This document shows positions 11,300-23,678 of a stretch of 38,924 nt of DNA, in pieces; the first letter of the stretch is position 1; every line of letters starts with the position of its first letter. A program made the translations under genes and the position numbers. The stretch comes from Chiloscyllium plagiosum (lineage: Eukaryota). The notes below the pieces were generated by a model. That model was not told the DNA's origin. It made no database searches and saw only the letters and a program-made list of their open reading frames with translations. Location of the stretch: the NCBI RefSeq assembly GCF_004010195.1, contig NC_057753.1:6229179-6268102 (forward strand), read 5' to 3'.

Positions 11300-13635
11300 A
11301 ATTAAAAATCTAATCCGTGGAACATCCAGCAACCATTCCTCCACCTGTGATATCCAAGTCTCCTTAATGGTCACAACATAAAAGTTCCAAGTATTGATCC
11401 ATGCTCTGAATTCATCACCCTTGTTCCTCTTGCATTAAATCTTGCATTAAAATAGACACAAATCAACGCATCACACTGGCTGTACTTTTGCAATATCAAG
11501 TACCAATTCCTCCTCACAGACTCTGTGCGAGCTGTATCTGGCTGTTGACTGCCCCTTCCATCATCTGATCCGTAGCTCAGGTTACCACCTTCCTGCCAAC
11601 ATAGCTTCAACGATCCTGAAGACCCCTAGCACATCTATGGAACAAGATTTTGTTACTGCTCCAGTTCAGATGTTAGCAGTCTTTATTCTCCAGTTCCACC
11701 GCCAGCAAAAAGTATCCTAATCGTCCACATATCTGAAGCCCTACCTCCTACGCTGGGCTTTTAGTATTTTAGTGTAGTCACAATAAAAAAAAGTTTATCC
11801 CAGAAACTGAGAAACATTGCGATTGATGTTAAAGGTTGACACATGAAAAAAATCGAACAACATATGAATCCGGAGCAGAATAAAACCACTTTAACCTTAT
11901 CATCCTTCTTAATTGTTAAACACGATCATGGGCATTCTTATAATTGGCCTAATTCCACTTTTATGTCAGAATTATTGTAATCTCATCACCACACATACTT
12001 ATTTACACATTTTAAAATCAATTCTGAGTCAGTCACGAGTTTAGTCAAAGGCAAAACAGCGATTGTTCTTCTGGTGTAGAGTTCCTAAGCTTGTAGTAAA
12101 CTGGTAAAAACTGTTAACCTTCAAATATGACATGACTGGGTCGCCCCTTTAGGCAGAAATCACATCCATTTATTTTAACATCGTCCTGGAAGAGAAATAT
12201 CCTTTCAGCTCCCAACCTGCCAATATCTTCAGAATCTTTAAAACTACTCCTTTATATGACTTAATACCAATATTAACCGGATCCTGAGTACCTTGACAAT
12301 GCAAATCAGTCATGAAATTTTTAATAATCCTACATAATGCAAAGTTCTATGGAGATAGCAGTTAAGTTTAATAACATGTTCGAATTTCTTGTTTCAATAT
12401 GAAGTACTTGCAATCAATAATTCAAGTTGGAACATATTTAGTGGAACAAACAGTCAAGGAACAACATTGACAAGGCATAATAAAATAACCATTCACAGAA
12501 GACAAAACGAGAGAAAGGTTATCCCTTTAGAAACTTAAAATAAACTTGACTTATAAATTCGCGCTGAATACATTTGATTATAATGAGTTCACCAAATAAT
12601 TACAGTCCCGATACAAAAAAATCTCCAGTTCCAATGTGCGAACATTTCTTTTTTTGGCGGAATTGTAGCTTTGAGTTGCCATCACAACATACTTCACACC
12701 GGTTATGTCCATTTTAGTGAGTTAACGTTATGATCTTGACAGTGCAATTGTTCTCCAGTCTTTAGTTTGAATTAGGATATATTTCCTCTCCCGATGGCGA
12801 TCACCGCGTCATATTCGGCTCAGTAGCTGACAGAGTGACAAACTTTCTCTGCTGTGTTGGCAACACCAGATCATAGTGCGGTAGATGCTGAAAGTCGCCC
12901 TTTGTGAACACGGATTTTCTCTACCATTTTGAGGATATGATCTTCTCAATGTCTAAACCACTTTGACTTCCCACGCCATTGAATTCGTCGACAATTTCCA
13001 GCCCCATTTGGAAATCATAGTATTTTTTCTAAGGATGTCATATTAATGTTTTCAGAACTTGGGCGCCACCCTCCAACCCAACAACTCAACAAGCCATAAG
13101 TTACACTTTTTGAGCAGGTGGAAATGCCAATCATATTACTGAATCATGCTGACTGAAGTGAGACCAAGAGTTGGCTTCTCTGTCATTATGTCTTATTATT
13201 TTCACGTTGACAATTCCATCATTCTGATTACTGACACGAACTGTGTAGTTCACAATTTGGAATCATGGGTGTCTCTTAAATGTAATGCAAGAGAATCAGT
13301 CTTAGTATCTATGGCATTAGTTGATTGTATTATAAAATTCATTACAATACGATATGACAAAAAGATAATTGATTTCACGGAGGGTGGTCTCCAAATTCCA
13401 TTGCCCCTAGGCCAGCCTTGAAGAGTATGGCGTGGCAATCATTCTAATTGTTTTTCGTCCAGTCCAATCTAAATCAAACCCTTACCATCTCACACAATTT
13501 CCAACGATTCGCCTGTCTTTGTCAAGTCTGTGTTGAGAGTTTGGAGCTCATAGTTTACTGGTGTATGGAAAACACAGAAATTAATAACTGACTACTCCCA
13601 GTTGATTATTTTTTCAAATAAATGAAAAGGGAATT

Positions 13636-14513
13636 TTATGTAACCAAAAATTTCACTGCGTTGGTGAACTTCGCTCTGAACTTGGACTGTGTTGCTGCAT
13701 AAATAAAGGTGTTTGTACAGCAACTTAAATTCCGCAACATAATTCCAACTTGTTGAAATATATATTCAGAAAAATAGTAACTATAGGGATCAATTCCTAA
13801 ATCTTGGTAATAAAAGAATTCAATAACATTCACCAACCACAGAAGTATGAAGCTGCCAGATACGCAGAAGAGTAAAATCATAGACTTTCTTCTGCTCTCC
13901 ATCTCTGGATCACTGTCATTCTTTCCCTTGTTCCGACATTTCAGTCCTTTACGAACCTGACTGACAGTTATGATGTGCCTGATTGTCAGAGCATTGACCA
14001 GCAGAATTAAAGCAAATGGAATCAGTGGTGTCATAATCTTAACAAACCAGTCAAATCCCAACCAGCCAACTTCGGTATAAAATGTTTGCTTATCAATGCA
14101 TCCCCATGGTACATTGTTGACTATCTCTCCAGGTTCCTGAGTGAAATAAAATGGAATGTTTTTTAAAAGCAGCACGATGCTTGTCGTTGCAAGAACCACA
14201 GCTGCAGCTTTTTCAGTGCAATATTTTGTTTTAAACTTCTGGCAACAAATAGCCACAAATCTATCAAAAGAGAAAATGATTGTAAACCACACAGAACAGT
14301 CTATGGCTCCACCTCGCAGGACCTTGCAAAGACTACAGATTGGTGTGATGTCCAAAAAACACACAGGGAAATAATAAGTGTTGATCTGGTTGAGTATGAC
14401 CTCTGTGATAATGACCAGTAGATCTGCTATTGCCATTGCCAACAGGTAACGAGAGGTGCAGTTGGAGAGGCCACACTTTCCACGAGAGAGGATCAAGATT
14501 GACACTAAATTAA
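13636..14513 (-). CDS. Exon 2 of a class A (rhodopsin-like) GPCR, GPR139/GPR142-like (second half of TM1 to C-terminus)
   Basis: Open frame with hydrophobic helices: YLLAMAIADLL (TM2), PICSL...SFDRFVAICC (TM3), ECL2 VPWGC, TPLIPFALILLVN (TM5), SGSFILLW (TM6), SCCTNTFIY (TM7), helix 8 SKFR. Acceptor TTGCAG|TT AAT TTA GTG at 14514/14513; stop TAA 13638-13636. Confidence 0.93.
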
Positions 14514-14654
14514 CTGCAAGGTAGTAAAGGGAAATGAGACTGAGAATTATTGATCAATGAACCTGTGTGTCTCACTAAACTAGTATGAAATGTCAAGATT
14601 GCACTTAAAAATGATGGGACAGAGTTGGGTAAGAAACTAAAATGTCAAATTCCA

Positions 14655-14999
14655 TCACAGATCTCTGGAATCCCTACATTGTGGAAACAGGCCAGTTGGC
14701 CGAACAAATCCACTCCGAAGAATAATCCACCGAGACCCAATACCCTACTCTATTACTCCGCATTGATCCCCAACTAATGCAGCTAAGCGACAGATGTTTG
14801 ATCACTTTGGGCACTTTAGCATTGTCAATTCATCTGACCTGCACGTCTTTGGATTGTGAGAGGAAACTGGAACACCCAGAGAAACACACAGACACGGGAA
14901 GTATGTGCAAACACTGCACAGATAGTTGCCGGAGCCTGGAATGAAACTCAGAATACTGGCGCTGTGAGGTAGTAGTGCTTACTAGTGATCTCCCGTACC
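14655..14999 (-). mobile_element. HE1-type SINE
   Basis: The reverse complement follows the same layout as 10983-11299 (AGCACTACTACCTCACAGCGCCAG head, CTGTGCAGTGTTTGCAC core, GCCTGTTTCCACAATGTAGGGATTC end). Confidence 0.85.
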
Positions 15000-15369
15000 T
15001 ACCTGCAAGTAAAGCTCCCAACGTGCGTTTATGTGTTTAATGAACTGTGAAAGTTATCCTCGAGACAGTTATTTATAGGGGGCTGCTTGGCAATTTAAAC
15101 ACATCAAGTAGTCTTAAAGTCTATGATTTAATCACATTTGTAGGTTTATACATGACAACAATGGCTGCCACATTACAACACACAAAATATACAGATAGTG
15201 TTGGGGTGAATAATTTGGGTCACGAGCATTGATGCTCACTACCTAAAAACTCCTGTTCAGTACAAAAACACGCTTATCTTTACAGAAACATGTTACGTTC
15301 TTGTCTGTCCTTCAAGTCCTTGCGAAGGAGAAGGGAAGCAGCTATATTAATGAAACGAATGCACATTAA

Positions 15370-15995
15370 CCATCCGTACCATGCTATCACTTTTATTAAC
15401 AGGGGATTCAGTATCAGAGCCATGAGGATTCGCTGCAACTCAATAAAACCCTGGTTATACCACACTTGGAGAATTGTGTCCAGTTCTGGTCGCCTCATCA
15501 CAAGACGTATGCAGATGCACTAGAGAGGAAGCAAAGAAGATTTACCAGGATGCTGTCTGGATTGGAGGACATGACTTGCAAATAAAGTTTGAGTGAGCTA
15601 GGACTTTTCACCCTGGAGAGAAGAAGAAAGGTAGCTGACTTGATTGAGGCATGCAAGTTAATTAAAGTCATAGATGTAGTAGATAGCCAGAGACTTTTCC
15701 AAGGGGCAGAAATTGCAATCACGAGCAATCATAATTTTCAGGATACTGGAGGAAGGCATAGGGGTGATGTGAATGGCCAATTCTTTATGCAGAGGACGGT
15801 GGGTGCGTGGAATGAACTGCCAGCGGTGATAGTAGACTCAGAGTCATGAGGTACATTTGAGCGACTGCAGGACAAGCATATTGATGACAAAAAATTGAGT
15901 AGTGGGTAGGTCAGGATAACAGTGCATTATGATAAAAGCTTGGCACAACATCGTGGGCTGAATGGACTGTATTGTGTTGTACTGTTCTTTGTTCC
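15370..15995 (+). mobile_element. CR1 LINE 3' fragment
   Basis: AITFINRG..., LGLFTLERRR...DLIEACKLIK, FFMQRTVGAWNELP; tail GTACTGTTCTTTGTTCCATA. Confidence 0.88.
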
Positions 15996-16071
15996 ATATC
16001 TTGTTGCTACAATCACAGCTACAGCGTTCTTTATCCATTGTTTGCTGACATCGCCTTACACATAGCTTCAA

Positions 16072-16260
16072 AGATTTGCAACTTAGGTGAATCGGCCATT
16101 TTCAATTGCGTAACGTGTTCAGGGAATTGTAAGTTACGTGCAATAGGATAAATGTTAAATAATATGGAAGGTGTCTGGGTCTATGTGGGTTGGTGTTTAG
16201 ATGGTCAGCATGGACTTGATGGGCCAACTGTCTTGTTTCCACACTGTAGAGGTTCTATGA
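16072..16260 (+). mobile_element. HE1-related SINE, 3' half
   Basis: TTAGGTGAATCGGCCAT...GGACTTGATGGGCCAACTGTCTTGTTTCCACACTGTAGAGGTTCTATGA parallels the 3' half of the SINE at 10983. Confidence 0.7.
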
Positions 16261-16296
16261 ATAAGGGGAAAATGAAAGAAAAGTAAAACATAAATC

Positions 16297-17378
16297 ATAG
16301 AACATAGAACAGTACAGCACAGAACAGGCCCTTCAGACCACGATGTTGTGCCGACCACTGATCCTCATGTATTTACCCTCAAATGTCTGTGACCATACGC
16401 ATGTCCAGGAATCTCTTAAATGTCCCCAATGACCCTGCCTCCACAACTGCTGGTGGCAACGCATTCCATGCTCTCACAACTATCTGTGTAAAGAACCCGC
16501 CTCTGACATTCCCTGTATACTTTCCTCCAACCAGCTTAAAACTATGATGCCTCGTGTTAGTCATTTCTGCCCTGGGAAATAGTCTCTGGCTATCGACTCT
16601 ATCTATGCCTCGCATTTTTTCTATACCTCAATTAGGTCCCCTCTCCTCCTCATTTTCTCCAATGAAAAATGTCCAAGCTCAGTCAACCTCTCCTCATAAG
16701 ATAAGCCCTCCAATCCAGGCAGCATCCTGGTAAACCTCCTCTGAACCCGGTCCAAGGCATCCACATTTTCTTATAATAGTGAGACCAGAACTGGACGCAG
16801 TCTTCCAAGTGCGGTCTAACCAAAGTCTTATAGAGCTGCAACAAGAGCTCACGACTCTTAAACTCAATACCCTTGTTAATGAAAGCCAAAAACACCATAT
16901 GCTTTCTTCACACCCCTGTCCACTTGGGTGGCCATTTTAAGGGATCCCTTTGTTCCTCCACACTGCCAAGAATCCTATCCTTAATCCTGTACACAGCTAT
17001 CAAATTCGACCTTCCAAAGTGCATCACCTCGCATTTATCTAGCTTGAACTCCATCTGCCACCTCTCAGCCTATCTTTGCATCCTGTCAATGTCCCGCTGC
17101 AGCCGACAACAGCCCTCTATACTGTCAACGACAGCTCCAGCCTTTGTGTCATCTGCAAACTTGCTGACCCATCCTTCAATCCCCTCATCCAAGTCATTAA
17201 TAAAAATTGCAAACAATAGAGGCCCAAGGACAGAGCCCTGTGGAACACCACTCACCACAGACTTCCAGGCAGAATATTTTCCTTCTACTAACACTCGCTG
17301 TCTTCTGTTGGCCAGCCAATTCTGTATCCAGACAGCTATATTCGCCTGACTTCCATTCCTCTTGATCTTCTGAATGAG
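16297..17378 (-). mobile_element. CR1 LINE, 5'-truncated (RT core to tail)
   Basis: GVPQGSVLGPLLF, SKFADD (17070..17294), VRPHLEDCVQFW (16683..16898), FFTQIVVRAWNALP; (CATAGAA)n tail at 16297. Confidence 0.93.
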
Positions 17379-17879
17379 TACATGATGATGAACAAAACAA
17401 AACAGCCAATACCTTCACCTCAGAAAAAATTGTAAAGGTTACATACAGTGGGATCTTTCAGGAAACTCACTGTAAATTTCAATCATATTTCAACTTTGTC
17501 GGTCTGATCGACATAACCTCTCAATGTACCACTGCCATTCTCAAGAAAATGATGTATCTGGCCAACCACTGACCAGACCCTTCAGTAGTTTGGTACCCGT
17601 TTCAGAATTTGGACAGCAAGGGAACAGAATTGGCCCAGGATCAGAAACTTGCCCATTAGGATCCTCGCAGAATTTCCTACCGAATACGCTTGGACACTAG
17701 GCTGAGTTAAATATTTCTCGATAGCCGATCCAAATTATAGGATCTGTAATCCCTCACGTTAAATAAATCATCATGTGTTCAAAAATCCTTCGAGATTAAA
17801 CCATTTTCATGGGACTGGATGATAACTTCATCTGGAATCCCGCAGTTTGAAATTCTAAATTGCTCATGGATAAGGAAAT

Positions 17880-19015
17880 CCTCAACATCAGTACCCAATA
17901 CTTACTCTCTTACTATAGTACTAAATGAATTCACGTTTGGTGGCCACATCGCACTCTAACTTTCTTTACAATTTTGTTGAGAACACCATCTTAATAAAGT
18001 GGTTCTCAAGCAACGTTGAGACTGAGTGCATGAACGAGATAGACAGCTTAGTGACATGGTGTAAGGACAGCAATCTCTTCATTAACGAAGGAGCTGATAA
18101 TCTTCTACAGGACACACCCCTTTCTGAAATATGGATGCTGAGATAAAGACAATGAAGAATTCCTATGAGTACCGATCACCAACAATCTGTGCAAGTTCTT
18201 TCACTTCGAAGTTACACTGAAGAAAAGCAGACACACAGATGTATCTACTCCCTAAGAAGGCTAAGACTTTTTAACATGTGCATAATGAGTCTTACCATTT
18301 TTGTGTAGTTGAACCACGGAAGGCATCCTATTCAGATATATCACAGCTTGTAATCCCCACTATTTTTTGCAAGATTGTGAAAATTACAACGAGTTCTGAG
18401 CTTCGACCAGACCGTCATGCAAATCAGTCTTCCATCTACAGATTCAGCCTACAGTTATGGCTACCTCAGGAAAATAACCAATACAATCACTGACCCCTCC
18501 CACTTCCCATATATTCGTTTAGAAACGTTACAAAGCAAATTCCCACGGATTTATTGGCAACATCTTCAACAACGTATGAAACTTTTGAACGAACATTCAA
18601 ATACGAAAGTTGACCTCTCTTTAAATCTTTCCTTTAGGTGTAACACAATCTTCTTTATTTTACTCTGTTAGCCTAATTAAGTTGAATTGAATTTATTGTC
18701 ACGTGCATTGAGGCAGAAGGAAAAGCTTTGTCTTGCGAGCAATACAGGCAGATCACAGAGTAAAGTAACATAGATAAGTAAATATTAGGTAAATAGCGGC
18801 ATCAGCAAAAACACAGGTACAGGCGAATTATAAGAGTTTGTGCGTCCATTGAGTATTTTAATAACAGTCGAGCAGAATCTGTTTCAAAACTGGCTGATGC
18901 GTGTGTTTAGGCTTCTGTATCTTCAATTATATTCTGCCTGAATAGCACACAATGATTTTCACTGTATTTCAGTACATGTGACAGTAATTAATTTGATCAA
19001 ATAAATTAAACCAAA
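17880..19015 (+). mobile_element. Rex1/Babar-type LINE 3' portion, containing an inverted 3'-end copy at ~18680-18925
   Basis: ORF 17925..18146 (SHSNFLYNFVENT...NVETECMNEIDSLVTWCKDSNLFIN) matches the Rex1 RT signature (SNxIxKFADDT...EIxxLVxWCxxNNLxLN). Tail TTTTCACTGTATTTCAGTACATGTGACA at ~18956-18984; reverse copy TTTATTGTCACGTGCATTGAGGCAG at ~18692. Confidence 0.7.
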
Positions 19016-19029
19016 TTTGATAAGATAAT

Positions 19030-19620
19030 TGGGACAGTATGTTGCGGTTGGACAGGACATGGGTTGAATCACTTCTGAATTGTTGCATTCAGTTCTGGTC
19101 TCCCTGTGATAGAAATGATGTTGAGAAACTTGAAATCGTTCAGAAAAGATTTCAATAATATTGTGAGGCCTGTAGGGTTTGAACAATAGGGAGAGGCTGA
19201 ATAGGGCTGTGTCGATTTTCCTTGGAGTATGTGAAGCTGAGGATTGATATTACAGAGGTTTATAAAATCATGAGGAGCATAGATGCCATGAATAGCACAG
19301 TTTTTTTCCCCCGGGGTTGGAGAGTCCAAAACTAAAGGGAATAATATAATGTGAGAGGGGTAAAACTTAAAAGAACCTAAGCAGCAGCGTTTTCACGCAG
19401 AAGGTGGTGCTTGTATAGAATGAGCTGCCTGAAGACGTAATGGAAACTGGCGCATTTGCAACATTTAAAAGGGAACTATTGGATACATGAATAGGAATGG
19501 TTTAAGGGGAAATGGATCAAAAATAAACTGGCAAATGGGACTACATTTATTTAGGATATCTGATCAGCATGAGCAAATTTAACTGAAAGACATGTTTCCA
19601 TGTTGTACAGCTCTATGAGT
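19030..19620 (+). mobile_element. CR1 LINE 3' fragment (decayed)
   Basis: TTCAGTTCTGGTCTCCCTG (QFWSP), GAGGTTTATAAAATCATGAGG (EVYKIMR), TTTTCACGCAGAAGGTGGTG (FTQKVV), CR1-type 3'UTR. Confidence 0.82.
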
Positions 19621-20699
19621 GTATTTCTACGGACTGACTTGCAATTAGCTGAGAGATAAGAGGCATTTCTTTCTGTGTGCATGAATCTTATTGAATTGCA
19701 ACGCTGTAGAAGAGCATGCCAGATAGCGATGAGCAGAAAACTAACGGAGGCGATACTTCTCTTAACAGTTAAAGTAAGGAAGAACAGGCATGAATTCCAG
19801 AGGTGTGGGCAAAACTGGCATTAGCGCAATAACCGAATCTCCGAGGAAAAGGGCCAGTCCACAATCCAAAGTCACTCCATTGTCGCTATTTTCGATTATG
19901 CTGACTGTCCAAAAACACTAGAGTCTTCGCTATAAACTGAAGTTTTTAATGATTTATGAAATAGTCATTTTTACAAATCATAACATTATCATCATAATGA
20001 CTATTTATTGGAAGGATTTAGGAGATAATGAGAAAAATGGTTAAATTATGTACAATTAACGTGACAATTGAGAGAGACTCAATGTCAATCTTGCAACTTG
20101 AAATGAGTGATTCAGCAAAGTGTTCAACTAGTCTGATCATTGTTGTTTCCCATACCTCCGAAGATTCTTTTCTAAGGACCGATTGTAGTTACTAGCCAAT
20201 AGCAAGTCCATTGAAATATCCCTTCATTTAGAAGACATATTGTATCTCGTGGAAAATAGATGGAGTACATTTTAAGGATAGTCTTACTCTTTGCACGGGG
20301 TTTACTGATGTTTGTCGTGACTAAAGAATGGGCATCAGTACCAATGCCAACGCAGCAGTGAGAAAGAGGAGGAAAATACATGATTGGTGCACGTTCTACC
20401 TGGATGTGGCCGATGATTCCGAAAATTATGTAATTATAGTTCTTTTCTTGAGGCTGATGTTAAAGCATCAATATCGGAAACAGCACTGGAATGGTCAAAC
20501 ATCTTGATAAGCAATGTGAAAGATAATCCAACACCTTGTATTTGTTAAGATATTTGTGAACAGCTGGTGTTCTTTGGCGAATCAGAGCAAAACAAAATGT
20601 ATTACGACTCAGATTCTTAAAAAAAAAGTAGATTTGTTGGGGGTAAGAGCAGAACAAGTTGCCGTGTAACAGTAGGCCAATAGGGGAATAAAACGTGAA

Positions 20700-21030
20700 C
20701 ACTTTTAGGGTACATTTCAATTTAACTATCAAACAGGAATGAAAACTTTGCATTGACAGTATTGTCACCACAAACAGAATGTCGACAGGAAGCAACAGGA
20801 AAGCCATTCAACTAATTTCTAATGAACAGAATATCCATTAACTACAAAAATATGGAGAACGTTATTCTTGTATTTAATCAGAAGGCAAAACAAGTTCAAT
20901 CGACTATGCACTCGTTAAAGTAACTAAATTGATGGGAAAATAATTAAGTGAAACATATATAAAAAGTGAAAGGCCGGAAGTATAACATAAGTAATACATG
21001 TGCGGGATGTGGTTCAGAAGCATAACAATA
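20700..21030 (+). mobile_element. Possible highly decayed APE endonuclease of a non-CR1 LINE
   Basis: TTAGGGTACATTTCAAT (GDFN-like, ~20705), EGKTSSIDYALVK (20881-20919) and GGTTCAGAAGCATAAC (GSDHN-like with frameshift, 21011-21026), in the right order and spacing. Confidence 0.35.
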
Positions 21031-23525
21031 CTTGTTCAAATATATGCAGATATTAGAATAACAGTTTGAATAATATTATAAATTGAAAACTAGCTGAGTA
21101 AGATAGTTGCAGAATCCTATGATTGAGTCAATTATTTGTAAGAAGTTCTACACTCCTCGAAGCCTTACTCGAACGTCAGATTTCAGAGCAAATAGAACAT
21201 GTGGCATAAAGGGCATCAACGTTTTTAATATTAAAATGAAAGAAATGACAGTGAAGTGTGGCATCAACTTTAAAATAATTTATCAGATGATTGCTGGAAT
21301 GTGTGAATCATTTTTCGACAAGGAATAGTGATAACTCAGCGTTCTTTAAATTTTTAAGTAAACACACCGGGGCCAAGAAATTGTGTTTGTTTCAAAATTG
21401 TTGGCAGCACCGATTTTGTAGTACACTCAATCAGATAAAGAATTCCACAAAATAACTGAAAACATTTGTATTAATTAATGTTCGCTCCAATTTGATGCCA
21501 TTATGAAATTTTGCTGATTTTTTTTTTAATGTTCGTACTGATTTGTTGTTGCATATAATTAATATTCAGCTTTATATATAATTAAAATTAATGTACATAA
21601 TTTTCGGGATCTGTGTTTTTATGTTTCTGGGGCAAATTTCACAAAGGTGAGGACAGATTGAGATAGGAGAATAACCGTTTTGAAAAAGAAAACTGCGCAA
21701 ACATTGGTATAAGCTGGTATTTAACTAAAACTCCAATCAGAATTCTGCAATGAAGTACCCACAGCCGTACATTTGACCTGAATAACGGCATGTCAAACAT
21801 GTAAAAACTCGTGAACAATAGATTCTCGCTGTTGACTTGAGGTAATAATCAATGCGACAAAAAACATTATTCCGCTGCAAGAATATGCATCTGGTTTCTA
21901 AATGCATGAGTTTATGTATCGTTTTCGTGAGTCGAATGACACTTCTTCCACAATTATTGCTGAGAGAAAGGAAGCAGATGCGTTCCGGATAGCGTTTCCT
22001 ACTTCACTCATCAGAATACATCACAAGAAATATCGAATCAAAGAGAAACAGCGTTTGTAATGTATGAAAATATAGGGCTGATATGTTACAAGTCGATACT
22101 CTTAGTAGGGTTACTGTCATGGGGAACACACATCAGTCAGTAATAACTGTGAAATAACAATTTTTTTTAATCTGAAACCATACTGATTGGTAAAGATGTT
22201 GGTGTAAGCAAATAAACAAAGAATAACTGGCAAGCATTTTCTGATTTTGGAAACGTTGCACTTTTGTGTTTTGCCTTTCTGCAAAAAGCATGCCCGTGAT
22301 TATACACAGAATTCACAGGCAGTGCATACAAGACTGCCTTATGTGTTCTTACCAAATGTGAGGCTAAATTATGGTGCATCGATAACATCCTGTATTATCA
22401 TACCATGTGTCATCATATGTCATTGATAATAACGAACAGATAGATTTCAGACCATTATTCTTGGCCAGCAAACGTCTTCAATCTATCCAAAGTTACACTA
22501 TACTTGTTAGGTATCTCAACATGTTTAAACTACTAATGGAACTAGTTGTCTCTCATTGCTGTTACGCAGTAAGAACACGAGTGGGCTTTGTCAGTACCAG
22601 AGTGCTATCATCAGGCCAAATAGTCCATCCACACGACATGCGAATGCACAGCTTGTTTTACAATTTTGATTCAGATACGACACAATGTACCTGGCGTTAC
22701 AACTGCGGTTAAAACACCACTAGCTGTTTTTCTCCATCACGGGAACAGCTTTACAGTTTAATTTAGGGCGACTTTTGATCCTTTAATGTGAAATTATTAT
22801 TTTTCTTTTCTGTTCCAGTTAATCAATTCGACAGAAAACCGAGAAACATAAAGATATTTCAGTTTGCACATTCTTTGGCGAAAAAATCCTAAAAGCGCAA
22901 TACTTTTCCCCTTTACATTGTTAAACTCTGAGACAAACGCATGAACTGAAGAGAGAAAAAACCCAAAAATGACAATTAGGTAAAATTAATCATTTGCATA
23001 TCGCGACAGCCACTCAGTACAATTTCATAGTTATAGATCTTCCAAAAAATTATATGTTCACTTGAGTTTTCCACTGCACACTGACCATGCTCAGTAGAAT
23101 TCTACAATGAAGGTTTCTCCCTTCAATATATCAGGATTACTTCAGTAATTAGGGTAGCGATTAAGATAATTTCATGTAAACGTGCTCCACAGATTATAAA
23201 ACAATGCTGACAGTAAGACAGGGTCGCTTAGTTCACAATATAACCATGTTTATAATGGCCTACACTCTCGCTTCTGCCCTACCGTTAGACTCTATGTAGA
23301 TTTCCGCTCATCAGTAAATTCAGGAATGGTTCTCTGGTCAATAACCTACAGCCAGTGTGATCATACTCGAACTCTGATAAACTCTTCCTACTGACAGCTG
23401 ATCCAAAGTCGCATAATTTTTGACAAATGAAATCATTTTTCACTTCAGAGAGCCTGTGTATGCCAGACAACCTGTTACAGGACAATACATACTTTAAAAA
23501 AAAAACATCTATAGTTAACACTTAC

Positions 23526-23592
23526 CAGGAACGCCGATGATGGCAAGAGCTGTATAGAATATTTTATCAATATTGTGAAATGTATCATGCAT
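23526..23592 (-). CDS. Exon 1 of the GPR139-like GPCR (MHDTFHNIDKIFYTALAIIGVP)
   Basis: ATG at 23592-23590, 22 codons + 1 nt, then consensus donor GTAAGT. It supplies the missing first half of TM1 in the phase required by exon 2 (total 945 nt, 314 aa). Confidence 0.88.
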
Positions 23593-23669
23593 TATTAGTA
23601 CTAATTATCAATTCCTTCATGCTGCAAGCATTCTCACTCTGTTATAAACTGTACTTACTAAGAGTCTCT

Positions 23670-23678
23670 AATATATAC
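23670..23678 (-). promoter_or_regulatory. Candidate TATA box of the GPCR gene
   Basis: GTATATATT on the minus strand ~80 nt upstream of the ATG. The position is plausible but the region is AT-rich. Confidence 0.4.

Larger units (their letters stand above)
7836..11630 (-). mobile_element. Old CR1 LINE spanning most of ORF2, interrupted by a Penelope fragment and an HE1 SINE
   Basis: (CATAGAA)n tail at 7836-7875; RT C-terminal ORFs 7950..8219 and 8226..8651; endonuclease remnants (LICVYFNAR ~11470, ETWI, DNDHN in 10369..10557). Heavily frameshifted. Confidence 0.9.
14514..23525 (-). other. Phase-1 GT-AG intron (9012 bp) of the GPR139-like gene
   Basis: Donor CCTG|GTAAGT at 23526/23525; pyrimidine tract plus TTGCAG acceptor. 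Joining gives in-frame IIGVP-V-NLVSILILSRG. Confidence 0.85.

Noticed and set aside
14503..14505. GTG start making the GPCR a single-exon 289-aa gene
   Set aside because: It would lack half of TM1; a strong acceptor 8 nt upstream and a phase-compatible ATG exon at 23592 explain the structure.
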